Positions 9,744 through 18,265 of a DNA stretch of 22,323 nt are shown piece by piece. Within the stretch, counting starts at the first letter, position 1. Every line of letters starts with the position of its first letter. A model generated the notes under the pieces. That model was not told the origin of the DNA and made no database searches. It saw nothing but the letters and a program-made list of their open reading frames with translations. Origin of the DNA: Hormoscilla sp. (GTDB taxonomy: Bacteria; Cyanobacteriota; Cyanobacteriia; Cyanobacteriales; Desertifilaceae); the NCBI GenBank assembly GCA_051439505.1, contig JBFRWI010000031.1:1-22323 (forward strand), written 5' to 3'. The position numbers and the translations under genes were made by a program.

Positions 9744-10500
9744 AATATTGATTCAAACGTTGCTGATTTCCCTTTTCCTGCTGCCAAGGCATGAGGCCCT
9801 GCTGTAGCCATCGCAGTAGGGTATCCGATGCCAAGACTAGCAAAATGGTGACGACAATCCAGGCCATCACCTCAGCAGTATCCAGGTTAGCCCGGGCCGT
9901 ATTCAGTTCTGCGCCAATGCCCTTAGGAGTGGCCAGTACTTCTGACATAATCGCAACCCGCCAGGAGAGCCCCAACCCCGCCACCATCACTGGCAGCAGT
10001 CGGGAGACCAGATGGGGCCAGTAAAGGGACTCAAACAACACCCAGCCCCGCAGTCGGTATAGTTGGGCCACCCCCAACAGTTGCCGATCGATGGTGCCAA
10101 TAGCATCTGCCCCAGCGGTAAACAGGATCGGTCCCACCGTGACCGCTACGGTAAAGATGGAATTGCTATGGCCCAACCCGAACCACACCATGGTCAGCAC
10201 CAACCAAGCGATGGGAGGTGTCCCCAGGAGGGCAGTCGCGATCGGGGCAATGGCCTGCTGGATGAGGGGCTGGGTGCCAGCAGAGATGCCCAGCATTCCC
10301 CCGACCAGCACCGCTAGCCCAAATCCCACTAGCACGTGAAGTGCCGTTGCCCCGATCGCGGGAAACACCCGTCCTTCTAGCACCAGTGCTTGCAGGGCGG
10401 TCCACACCGAACCGGGGGTCGGCAAAATCACGCTACTGTATTGCTGAGCCCCCCATTGCCAGAGCAGTAGCAGCAGCAATAGGGAGATGAGCGGTCCCAT
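9688..10500 (-). CDS. NitT/TauT ABC transporter permease
   Basis: ILPTPGSVW, PPIAWLVL..VWFG, SWRVAIMSEVL..PKGIG motifs. Start placed at ATG 10500 (10542 is the alternative), because the longer ORF runs through a palindromic, non-coding-looking region. Confidence 0.88.
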   Translation of the reverse strand: MGPLISLLLLLLLWQWGAQQYSSVILPTPGSVWTALQALVLEGRVFPAIGATALHVLVGFGLAVLVGGMLGISAGTQPLIQQAIAPIATALLGTPPIAWLVLTMVWFGLGHSNSIFTVAVTVGPILFTAGADAIGTIDRQLLGVAQLYRLRGWVLFESLYWPHLVSRLLPVMVAGLGLSWRVAIMSEVLATPKGIGAELNTARANLDTAEVMAWIVVTILLVLASDTLLRWLQQGLMPWQQEKGNQQRLNQYCATTQSDLSPVRHPADSG

Positions 10501-10514
10501 CAGCCGTCGCCCGC

Positions 10515-10533
10515 TTTGATATTCAAAATCAAA
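10515..10533. promoter_or_regulatory. Candidate Fur-family operator upstream of the ABC importer
   Basis: TTTGATATTCAAAATCAAA. The minus-strand core TGATTTT-G-AATATCA matches 11 of 14 positions of the 7-1-7 TGATAAT-N-ATTATCA box and lies 14 bp upstream of the probable ATG. Confidence 0.35.
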
Positions 10534-10580
10534 TAGGTGCATTGGTAAACTGAATGGCTGTAAATTTTTGGAACTTTTGA

Positions 10581-10625
10581 TAAAATGGCTGAAATCCTCT
10601 CCTAATGAGAGTTTCAGCCATTTTA
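10581..10625. repeat. Perfect 14-bp inverted repeat / hairpin
   Basis: TAAAATGGCTGAAA (10581-10594) and TTTCAGCCATTTTA (10612-10625), with inner CTCTC/GAGAG pairing. Confidence 0.75.
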
Positions 10626-10703
10626 CATCCAAACTACTGCACCGCGCGGCAGAAATAATCCACCAGCCCGATAGTGGCTTCTTACCTTACTCCAAAAGCC
10701 GGA

Positions 10704-10725
10704 ATGAATTTTGAATTTTGAATTG
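10704..10725. repeat. Heptamer tandem repeat (TTTTGAA)n, STRR-like
   Basis: ATGAATTTTGAATTTTGAATTG, identical to 1174-1195. Confidence 0.75.
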
Positions 10726-10821
10726 ATAAATTCCGCGCAGCGGCACTACTTACTGTAGCTCTCTTGCCTTCCTTTACCGTTTGGCCTTGGGAGCAGAGGT
10801 CTAAAGAGGAGATAAACAAAA

Positions 10822-11430
10822 ATGTCCTATAGCGACTTTGACTTGGGTAAAATAACCAAAACCTTTAACCTTGCTACTTCAGAAAAACAGGACTTGTTCG
10901 CCGACACTCCAGAGGTAGAGTGCAGCGACTATCTGGCCGAGACCCTTAGATATAACTTGCCCTTGGCTCTGGCCAGCAATAGCGAAAAGGCGCGGTCGGA
11001 AATGATTGTCGCTCCGATTTTAATCGAATTGAGAAAACATTTTGGTGATCGCATCAACTTATTTTCTGGCGTCGAGTTTGATGTCGATGCCGCCAAAGGA
11101 TTAAACGGACGGGTTGACTTTCTAATTTCGCAGAGCTTAGAGCAGCTATTTATCGCCGCGCCGGTCATCACCCTAGTAGAAGCGAAAAAGGAAAATCTGA
11201 ACAGCGGCTTAGGCCAATGCGTGGCTGAAATGATAGCTGCCAGAACTTTCAACGAGCGCGAGCAAAATGAAATATCGGCTATTTATGGTGCCGTGACCTC
11301 AGGAACCAATTGGAAATTCCTGAGACTCCAGGGACAAGCGATCCAGATTGATTTAACCGAATATTACCTCGTCAACGTCCAGAAAATTCTGGGTATTTTA
11401 GCTCTGGGAATTAGAGCAAGCCAGAATTAA
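10822..11430 (+). CDS. Stand-alone PD-(D/E)xK-fold protein (HsdR N-terminal-like, cyanobacterial family)
   Basis: SEKARSE.IVAPIL, GRVDFLI, VEAKK, GLGQCVAEM, YGAVTSGTNWKFL motifs. GAGGAG RBS. Confidence 0.8.
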   Translation: MSYSDFDLGKITKTFNLATSEKQDLFADTPEVECSDYLAETLRYNLPLALASNSEKARSEMIVAPILIELRKHFGDRINLFSGVEFDVDAAKGLNGRVDFLISQSLEQLFIAAPVITLVEAKKENLNSGLGQCVAEMIAARTFNEREQNEISAIYGAVTSGTNWKFLRLQGQAIQIDLTEYYLVNVQKILGILALGIRASQN

Positions 11431-11570
11431 CGCCAAATTCTGTTTTTCATACCATAAGGGACGAGGAAGAAAATAAAGTACCAATAAAAAAGCAGGGGGA
11501 AGGGGAACTCAAAAGCGGTCGGTAACGCCGCCCAAGGGTTCGGACGGCGATGCAAATATGCAGTGCAACC

Positions 11571-11602
11571 CAGCTATGACGCGGGGGTTTGAACCCCGGG
11601 CG
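11571..11602 (-). repeat. Partial copy of the double-hairpin REP-like family
   Basis: The minus strand reads CGCCCGGGGTTCAAACCCCCGCGTCATAGCTG, matching hairpin 1 of the copy at 18397. It lies 5 bp after the ABC-F stop codon. Confidence 0.7.
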
Positions 11603-11607
11603 AAGAA

Positions 11608-13332
11608 CTACTTACCCTTCTTCTTAGCTTTTTGCTTTTCTTTTTGCTTGGCTTTTTGCTTGGCGCGTTTGGCGGCATCTTTAGCAGCTTTTTCTGCCGC
11701 GATCGCCTCTAGTCTGGCTTTTTCTTTCTCTTCAGCAAGTTTGTCCAGATAATATTGGTAGTCTCCCAGATAAACATGAAATTCCCCATCTCTGATTTCC
11801 ACAATTTTATTAGCCACCTGGGAGATAAAATAGCGATCGTGAGAAACAAAGATTGCCGTCCCCTCATAATGCTGAAGTGCCTCTTCCAGCATTTCCTTAG
11901 CGGGAATATCCAGGTGATTAGTAGGTTCGTCCAAAATCAGGAAATTGACTGGTTGCAAGAGCATTTTGGCCAAGGCGAGACGGGCTTTTTCCCCGCCACT
12001 GAGGGCTTTCACCTGCTTAAAGACGGTGTCGCCGCCGAACAGGAAGGTTCCCAAGAGAGTACGGACCTGTTCGTTTTGCCAGTCAGGAACTTCGTCGTGA
12101 ATGGTATCCATCACGGTTTTGTCCAAGTCCAAAGCTTCCGCCTGATTTTGTTCAAAATAGCCAGGCAGAACATTATGATCTCCTAATTTAATCGTCCCTT
12201 CAGTAGGTGGTTCCAGGCCCATAATCAGGCGCAGCAGGGTAGACTTACCGCAACCGTTGGGACCGAGGAAGGCAATGCGATCGCCCCTTTCGATGAGCAA
12301 ATTAGCGCCTAAGAACAGGATCTGGTCGTCATAAGCATGGACCAAATCTTTAATAGCGACAACTTCCCGTCCGCTGCGGGGTGCAGGGGGAAAGCGGAAG
12401 TGGAGAGTTCTGAGAGTAGCGGTGGGTGCTTCAATGCGTTCGACTTTTTCTAAGAGTTTCTCGCGACTTTTAGCTTGGGTACTGCGGGTAGCGCTGGCCC
12501 GGAACCGTTCGATAAAGACCTGCTGCTTCTCTAACTCCTGCTGCTGGCGATCGAAGGCCGTCTGCTGGGCCACTTGCATTTGGGTCTTTTGTTCCAGGTA
12601 GGCCGAGTAGTTCCCCAAGTAGGTAGTGGAGACCCCCCGTTCGGTCTCCACTATTTGCAGACCGAGGCGATCGAGGAAAGCCCGATCGTGAGATACAATC
12701 ACCATGGGGATCGTCAGTCCCTTCAGGTAAACCTCCAGCCATTCGATCGTTTCCAGGTCCAAATGGTTAGTCGGTTCATCCAGGAGTAGCAGGTCCGGAG
12801 ATTGTAGTAATATTTGGCCCAGTTGGATCCGCATCTGCCAGCCACCGCTAAAGGAACTCACCAGGCGATCGCCATCAGCAGAGTCAAACCCCATCTCCGG
12901 CAGCATTTTTTCGATCTGGGCCTCCAAAGCGTAGCCATCCAAGGCTTCAAAGCGGCGCTGGAGTTTATCTAACTGGCCAATTAACCGTTCCAACTCAGCG
13001 GGAGTAGCGTCGGACATCTGTTGCTGGACATGGACCAGAGACTGATGTACCCGGTTAGCTTCCTCGAAGACAGTCCAGAACTCTTCCCGGAGGGTATAGT
13101 CGGGGTCAACATCAAACTCTTGGGTCAGGTAAGCTATATGGAGGGCCGCAGGTCTAATCAATTCACCGGCAGTCGGTTCGATTTCACCTGTAATAATCTT
13201 CAGCTGGGTGGACTTACCGCAGCCGTTGACCCCTACCAATCCTACCCGATCGCCTGGTTTCACTTCCCAGTTAATATCTTTGAGGACAACGCCAGTAGGG
13301 TAAATTTTGCTGATATGTTCTAATCGTAGCAT
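11608..13332 (-). CDS. ABC-F family ATP-binding protein (ribosome-associated, no membrane domain)
   Basis: Two ABC cassettes (GVNGCGKST/FSGGWQMR/LDEPTNHLD and GPNGCGKST/LSGGEKAR/LDEPTNHLD), an inter-domain linker (RFRASATRSTQAKSR) and a Lys-rich tail. Confidence 0.93.
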   Translation of the reverse strand: MLRLEHISKIYPTGVVLKDINWEVKPGDRVGLVGVNGCGKSTQLKIITGEIEPTAGELIRPAALHIAYLTQEFDVDPDYTLREEFWTVFEEANRVHQSLVHVQQQMSDATPAELERLIGQLDKLQRRFEALDGYALEAQIEKMLPEMGFDSADGDRLVSSFSGGWQMRIQLGQILLQSPDLLLLDEPTNHLDLETIEWLEVYLKGLTIPMVIVSHDRAFLDRLGLQIVETERGVSTTYLGNYSAYLEQKTQMQVAQQTAFDRQQQELEKQQVFIERFRASATRSTQAKSREKLLEKVERIEAPTATLRTLHFRFPPAPRSGREVVAIKDLVHAYDDQILFLGANLLIERGDRIAFLGPNGCGKSTLLRLIMGLEPPTEGTIKLGDHNVLPGYFEQNQAEALDLDKTVMDTIHDEVPDWQNEQVRTLLGTFLFGGDTVFKQVKALSGGEKARLALAKMLLQPVNFLILDEPTNHLDIPAKEMLEEALQHYEGTAIFVSHDRYFISQVANKIVEIRDGEFHVYLGDYQYYLDKLAEEKEKARLEAIAAEKAAKDAAKRAKQKAKQKEKQKAKKKGK

Positions 13333-13506
13333 CTATATCTCCAAGACCAGTGATGACCAATAGGTCTGTGCTGCCACTTAACTGACATTATTTTAGCTTG
13401 CCTCATGTCTGTCTAGTGACATAAATTGGGAATAATGGTCAAGGAAATTATGTGAAATCATGTTAAGCTATCGGGAATGTCCCAATAGTAATATGAAGTA
13501 TTTAAT

Positions 13507-13857
13507 GTGGAGAAAATTATGAGCGATCGAGGAGCACAGGTGATGAAAACATCAACCCAAATAACTCCTGAAACCCTGCCAAATTATAATGGCAGTAGAA
13601 GCACAAAGAAGATCAAAATTTGTGTATATCTTAAAGAAGATCCGGAGAGCATTTCCATTCCCAAGATTACGGAATGTAGCCGAGTGCCAGCCATGGGAGA
13701 ATTTATCGAGATAGAAAATCATCTCTACAGAGTTTTTTTAGTGTGCCATCAACCCAAAAACCATAGCTATGAAGCTTCGATAGCAGCCTTGAAAACAAGC
13801 TGGGATGATTGTGAAAGCTTAATTCAAAGTCACGATCATCCCCGTCCAACTATATAA
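13507..13857 (+). CDS. Hypothetical protein (start uncertain: 13507, 13519 or 13543)
   Basis: 116-aa ORF divergent from ABC-F, with plausible globular beta-rich composition (RVPAMGEFIEIENHLYRVFLVCH). No recognisable family. Confidence 0.6.
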   Translation: MEKIMSDRGAQVMKTSTQITPETLPNYNGSRSTKKIKICVYLKEDPESISIPKITECSRVPAMGEFIEIENHLYRVFLVCHQPKNHSYEASIAALKTSWDDCESLIQSHDHPRPTI

Positions 13858-13906
13858 GTAGCTAGCAAAGATTATCCCGGGAATGAAATATTAAGAAATC
13901 CTATTT

Positions 13907-14042
13907 GGCGTTGCACATTTTTGGGATGATGATTAATGGCTAATGGCTAATGGCTAATGGCTAACTGGAGCCATATATTAACATTTATTCGGGAAATATG
14001 TATGGTGCAATGTCACTTATCATCCCGTTGTTATGCAACGCC
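13907..14042. mobile_element. MITE-like element (136 bp) with imperfect 24-bp terminal inverted repeats and internal (TAATGGC)x4
   Basis: Left end GGCGTTGCACATTTTTGGGATGAT versus reverse complement of right end GGCGTTGCATAACAACGGGATGAT (18/24 identical). Heptamer tandem at 13934-13961. Confidence 0.65.
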
Positions 14043-14090
14043 TCATATTTTTGGGAGACCATGGTTTCTGGTGAAGCTAAATGATGACAA

Positions 14091-14639
14091 TTAAGCCAAT
14101 AATTCATCAACTGCTACAGAAAAACCTTCGAGAATAGTTTGAGTGCTGGCGACATCGCCACTGCTCAACAAAACCTGTCGCTGTTGAGTGATGATCAAAA
14201 CCCACTGACTTTCGGGAAACACTAACCAGATTTCCTGACAACCGGACTGTAAATATTCTCTGACTTTACCAAATACTGCTTCGGTAGTATCAGTGGGAGA
14301 GACGATCTCAGCAATTAAAGGGAAACTCTGGGGTAGTATGGTAAAATCGCCAAATTGCTCCACCAGTTCGGGAGTCAAGTAGGAAACATCAGGACGACGG
14401 CCTTGTGAAAAGGTGCGACAAGGGGTTTCAGCATAAACTTCACCCCCCTGACCACTGGAATGCTTATAATTGATCCAGTAAGCAGCTAATCTAGCTTGAA
14501 TGCGACCGTGCTTTGCTGTCATTCCGTTTTTCTCCACTAATATCCCATCTATCCATTCCATATTATCAGGGGGATCGAGCATATAGTCTTCTAGGGAGAA
14601 GACATTTGCTTCTTTGCAGACAACTGTCGCAGCTACCAT
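14091..14639 (-). CDS. Uma2 family (DUF820) putative endonuclease
   Basis: EWIDGILVE, RRPDVSY, LIAEIVSPTD, KVREYLQSGCQEIWLVFPE, LEGFSVAVDELL motifs. Confidence 0.9.
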   Translation of the reverse strand: MVAATVVCKEANVFSLEDYMLDPPDNMEWIDGILVEKNGMTAKHGRIQARLAAYWINYKHSSGQGGEVYAETPCRTFSQGRRPDVSYLTPELVEQFGDFTILPQSFPLIAEIVSPTDTTEAVFGKVREYLQSGCQEIWLVFPESQWVLIITQQRQVLLSSGDVASTQTILEGFSVAVDELLA

Positions 14640-14677
14640 AACTTAGATTGCTCCTTTATAGTGTAAGATGTCATCGG

Positions 14678-15286
14678 TTACTGACTGACTAATTGAGCCA
14701 TGTGCTTTAAAACTATTAGGACAGTATACAAATCATTCCGACTATCGATCGAGAACAGATCCGACTGAGCATACTTGGGCGTGCTTTCTTTGAGTAGTTT
14801 CAGGAACCTATACTCACCGCCATTGGTGACAAACCCCAGAACAGGGGAAGGCTGAGGATTACTCAGCATATAAGCCAGTGCTTGCGGGATCGCTGCTTCC
14901 AGGGAGTATTGTGTCCTTTTCGTCTCAATCACAGTTATCCAAAACTCAGGCTTAAAAATCAGGATATCAATGCGTCCCTTGATAATTGTTTCCTCATCAA
15001 ACGAGGAAATATTTATTTCCTTCTCAGCCGTAATATCGAAGGGCGGGCGGTAAAAACCTGCTAGCCTCAATAGTGGTGACAGCACCACCATTTTTACGAT
15101 TACTTCCAGCATAATAGATTCAGACAAGTAGCGATAATCACTCTTTACCTCGTCTAGAAGTTGCTTTTCTAAATCCGTGAGTTCGGGCAAATCATCTTGC
15201 CACTCTCGGAAGAACTGTTCATCTTCAGTGCGTTCCAGGTTAAATTTATGCCTTAACTGACGCAGGGTAATATATTCGGCCACCAT
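14678..15286 (-). CDS. Stand-alone PD-(D/E)xK-fold protein (type I restriction R subunit N-terminal-like)
   Basis: EVIVKMVVLSPLLRLAGFY, GRIDILI, IETKR, AIPQALAYM, GFVTNGGEYRFLKL motifs. Confidence 0.82.
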   Translation of the reverse strand: MVAEYITLRQLRHKFNLERTEDEQFFREWQDDLPELTDLEKQLLDEVKSDYRYLSESIMLEVIVKMVVLSPLLRLAGFYRPPFDITAEKEINISSFDEETIIKGRIDILIFKPEFWITVIETKRTQYSLEAAIPQALAYMLSNPQPSPVLGFVTNGGEYRFLKLLKESTPKYAQSDLFSIDSRNDLYTVLIVLKHMAQLVSQ

Positions 15287-15360
15287 GAATTATCCCCAAG
15301 GGAGATATTTCCATGTTATCATAAGGATAAGACCGATCGACTAGCCTTTTGTAATCAACC

Positions 15361-16536
15361 ATGCTCGCCCAGATTAAAGACTTAGCCGCGAACCTGGCCC
15401 CTCGACTGATTGAAATTCGTCGGCACATCCACGCCCACCCAGAATTAAGCGGTCAAGAATATCAAACTGCTGCCTATGTTGCCGGGGTGCTTTCTTCCTT
15501 GGGACTCCATGTCCGAGAAGATGTCGGCAAAACCGGCGTCGTCGCCGAACTAGATGGTGAAGGTAAGGACGGACGCCTGCTAGCAATTAGAACGGATATG
15601 GACGCCCTACCCATTGTGGAACGCACCCATCTTGATTATGCTTCTCACCAGACCGGGGTCATGCATGCCTGCGGTCACGATGTCCATACTACGGTAGGAT
15701 TAGGCACGGCAATGGTGCTTTCCGAACTGGGGATAAAATTACCGGGTACTGTCCGCTTGCTGTTCCAACCGGCTGAGGAAGTTGGTCAAGGTGCTAGCTG
15801 GATGGTGCAAGATAAAGCAATGGAAAATGTGAGTGGAATTCTGGGGGTGCATGTTTTTCCCTCCATCCAGGCAGGGTCAATTGGGGTCCGCTACGGGGCC
15901 TTAACCGCCGCAGCTGATGACATAGAACTGACGATTATTGGCGAATCCGGTCATGGTGCCCGTCCCCACGAAGCTATAGATGCTATCTGGATTGCCGCTC
16001 AAGTGATTACTACTTTACAGCAAGCCATCAGTCGCACTACCAATTCCTTGCGTCCCCTGGTCCTGACTTTCGGTCAAATTACTGGCGGACGGGCAGCAAA
16101 TGTGATTGCTGACCAAGTTCGCTTAGTGGGAACCGCCCGATCGCTCGCTCCGGAAACTAGCGCGAATTTACCAGCATGGATCGAGAAAATTGTTAAAGGT
16201 ATCTGCGACAGTTACGGGGCCCGCTATGAATTAAATTATCGGCGGAAACTACCATCGGTGCAAAATGACCCAGAATTAACACAGTTGGTAGAAACCTGCG
16301 CCAGAGAAGCTTGGGGAAACTCCAGGGTGCAAGTTTTACCCGAACCCTCCCTCGGTGCTGAAGATTTTTCCATGTATCTCGAACATGCACCCGGTACCAT
16401 GTTTCGCCTCGGCGTGGGACAGTCCGACAAACCTAATTATTCCCTGCATCATCCTCAATTTGCTGTCGATGAATCGGCGATCGTCATTGGTGTCGTCACC
16501 CTGGCCTACGCCGCCTACAAATACTGGTATTCCTAG
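15361..16536 (+). CDS. M20 family amidohydrolase (N-acyl-L-amino acid amidohydrolase-like)
   Basis: RRHIHAHPELS, RTDMDALP, MHACGHDVH, FQPAEE, HGARPH, GAEDF and LHHPQF motifs. Confidence 0.93.
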   Translation: MLAQIKDLAANLAPRLIEIRRHIHAHPELSGQEYQTAAYVAGVLSSLGLHVREDVGKTGVVAELDGEGKDGRLLAIRTDMDALPIVERTHLDYASHQTGVMHACGHDVHTTVGLGTAMVLSELGIKLPGTVRLLFQPAEEVGQGASWMVQDKAMENVSGILGVHVFPSIQAGSIGVRYGALTAAADDIELTIIGESGHGARPHEAIDAIWIAAQVITTLQQAISRTTNSLRPLVLTFGQITGGRAANVIADQVRLVGTARSLAPETSANLPAWIEKIVKGICDSYGARYELNYRRKLPSVQNDPELTQLVETCAREAWGNSRVQVLPEPSLGAEDFSMYLEHAPGTMFRLGVGQSDKPNYSLHHPQFAVDESAIVIGVVTLAYAAYKYWYS

Positions 16537-16817
16537 CGATCTACTTTCATAACAGGAGCAATAACTTATCACCTTAGAGGGATGCAATTTTGTTATCTAT
16601 GATACTATTTTAGAATTAACCGATAGAATAACTACGAGCGCAAATAGTCAAGCAGAAGGGTGGTGTTGAAATTGCGCCGACATCTCCTCCTCAATTATCA
16701 CATATGGAGTCCGACATCTATTGTTGTATACTAGGTGAAAAGAAAAGCCGATGTTGAGAAATTTTGTTAACTAATCGCAGCATTTCCAACTGGAAGTGCT
16801 ATAAGGAGATGAAAAAC

Positions 16818-17609
16818 ATGACTTTACCCCTCACAAAAATCGCCCCAAGCATTGCGACTCTCAAAGTTATATTAGCTTCCAGTCGGTTTAGCGATCGCAA
16901 CTTTGAGCAGTTGATGGGGAAACGGGAGTTATCGCCACTGCTGTGCCGGAATAAAATGGAGTTGTTAGAGGGTATGCGCAGTGAGACAATAGAGGTATTG
17001 CTGCTAGATGTGACCCTACTAGACAAGCAGACTCAGCAATTTTGCTGGCGGACGCAAAACTTGTACCCCGGTCTGAAAATTATCCTGGTGGGCCGAGATG
17101 AGCGGGAATTAGCAAGCCACAACTGGGTATATGAATTTCCCGATATTTCTACAGTCTGCTTATCATCTAAGTCAGAATCATCAGTTTCGACAAGTTTTGC
17201 TGCCATGCCGCCCGTTCCCAACCCCATAAATTCTGCATCTGCTTCTCACCAGTATTCGGGTAATTCTTACATGGACATGATTTTAGGCGCAGCGATTTTC
17301 GATCTCAACGGCTTGCCCAGAGAGTATTTGATCACTAACGAAGTCAAAAACATGAGCTGGGTACAGACGATTTTTCAGGCATTGGGATTGCGATCGCTGC
17401 TAATGTCCTCCCTGCGACTAGAGGGATTTCATCACGTAACCATTTACAGCAAAGACCACTGCGCCCTGGTTGTCAAGCAGAAGACTCAATACACCGCCCT
17501 ATTGATTAATCAGACTCAGTCTACACCAGTTAGCAAGGCTTTCATTGAATGGGCCCAGAACTTTCAGCCCGAACAACTCAAACTCAATCCGCTGTTTCAT
17601 GTCACCTAA
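16818..17609 (+). CDS. Degenerate receiver domain + Ser/Pro linker + Roadblock/LC7-like C-terminal domain
   Basis: N-terminal KVILAS...EVLLLDVTL...YPGLKIILVG (receiver-like). C-terminal ILGAAIFDLNGLP...HHVTIYSKDHCALVVKQ..YTALLI. AAGGAG RBS at 16803-16808, with start at 16818 or 16809. Confidence 0.65.
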   Translation: MTLPLTKIAPSIATLKVILASSRFSDRNFEQLMGKRELSPLLCRNKMELLEGMRSETIEVLLLDVTLLDKQTQQFCWRTQNLYPGLKIILVGRDERELASHNWVYEFPDISTVCLSSKSESSVSTSFAAMPPVPNPINSASASHQYSGNSYMDMILGAAIFDLNGLPREYLITNEVKNMSWVQTIFQALGLRSLLMSSLRLEGFHHVTIYSKDHCALVVKQKTQYTALLINQTQSTPVSKAFIEWAQNFQPEQLKLNPLFHVT

Positions 17610-17627
17610 AGTTCATGTCACCTAAAG
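17596..17627. repeat. Perfect 16-bp tandem duplication spanning the stop codon
   Basis: TTCATGTCACCTAAAG at 17596-17611 and again at 17612-17627. Confidence 0.9.
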
Positions 17628-17664
17628 CCCCGTCGCCAGCTAGATGGCAGGCCACGGGGTACCC

Positions 17665-17997
17665 CTAGTTTTCTTCGCGACCTTCCAGACCAGAAGATTC
17701 CGGAGTTGAGTTGTACAAGGCGTCCAATTTGGAGCGGGCATCTTCTACTGTCATCGATCGCATCACCAGCAGGGGTTCGTCGATCACGTTACCCGCTTCA
17801 TCCAAAAATTCTGGATGAGGGACAGCTTGACGACCGGAGGTAGCGAGGGACTGATAAGTGTTTTTACTGATGCTCGGGCTTTGGGGCGGATAACTGCGGG
17901 TAGAGTCCATACCCAGGGTTAACATGTTGCCGATTAAATTCCGCAGTGCGATCAAAGCCAGGGTAGTAAAGGCAAGTATATAAAGCAGGTGTAACAT
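17665..17997 (-). CDS. DUF2973 family cyanobacterial protein
   Basis: MLHLLYILAFT N-terminal helix and PHPEFLD..G....EPLLVMRSMTVEDARSKLDALY. GGAGG RBS. Confidence 0.85.
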   Translation of the reverse strand: MLHLLYILAFTTLALIALRNLIGNMLTLGMDSTRSYPPQSPSISKNTYQSLATSGRQAVPHPEFLDEAGNVIDEPLLVMRSMTVEDARSKLDALYNSTPESSGLEGREEN

Positions 17998-18247
17998 ACG
18001 ACTTTCCTCCAGACCAGATGGTTATATAGCTTTTTAACGTTTTCAAACCGGTGAATCCTATTTTCCCAGTCTGGGGCCAGCTGGGAGAGGGTGCATCTTA
18101 TTTTCCTTGCTGCCACGCCCTCACTTAACGGTGGGGCTACTCGAAGCGACCGCCCTACTAGGATCGGGTCAGCACCGGCACTATTCGTGGCCGAGTGAGG
18201 CAGAGGGCGGTCGCTATTGACTAACGCACTAGATAATCTTAACATAA

Positions 18248-18265
18248 GTTACGTTTCTTTACAAT
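18248..18265. promoter_or_regulatory. Candidate HLR1 (RpaB-binding) element
   Basis: GTTACGTT-TC-TTTACAAT versus consensus (G/T)TTACA(T/A)(T/A)-N2-(G/T)TTACA(T/A)(T/A), one mismatch. Lies in the DUF2973/thrS divergent region. Confidence 0.5.

Noticed and set aside
10501..10632. N-terminal extension of the permease given in the ORF track
   Set aside because: It starts at TTG and runs through a perfect hairpin and an operator-like palindrome. The permease-like hydrophobic sequence begins after 10500.
10633..10821. Riboswitch (TPP/cobalamin) upstream of the ABC importer
   Set aside because: No conserved aptamer motifs were recognised on the minus strand.
16677..16719. CCGACATCT direct repeat (twice) upstream of the receiver-Roadblock gene
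   Set aside because: A 9-bp pair with no match to a motif I know; could be chance.
17952..18245. 97-aa ORF on - strand upstream of DUF2973
   Set aside because: No RBS or recognisable motif, and it overlaps DUF2973 out of frame. Better explained as promoter or leader sequence.
18249..18262. NtcA site (GTA-N8-TAC)
   Set aside because: One half-site mismatches (TTA-N8-TAC), and the HLR1 direct-repeat reading fits better.
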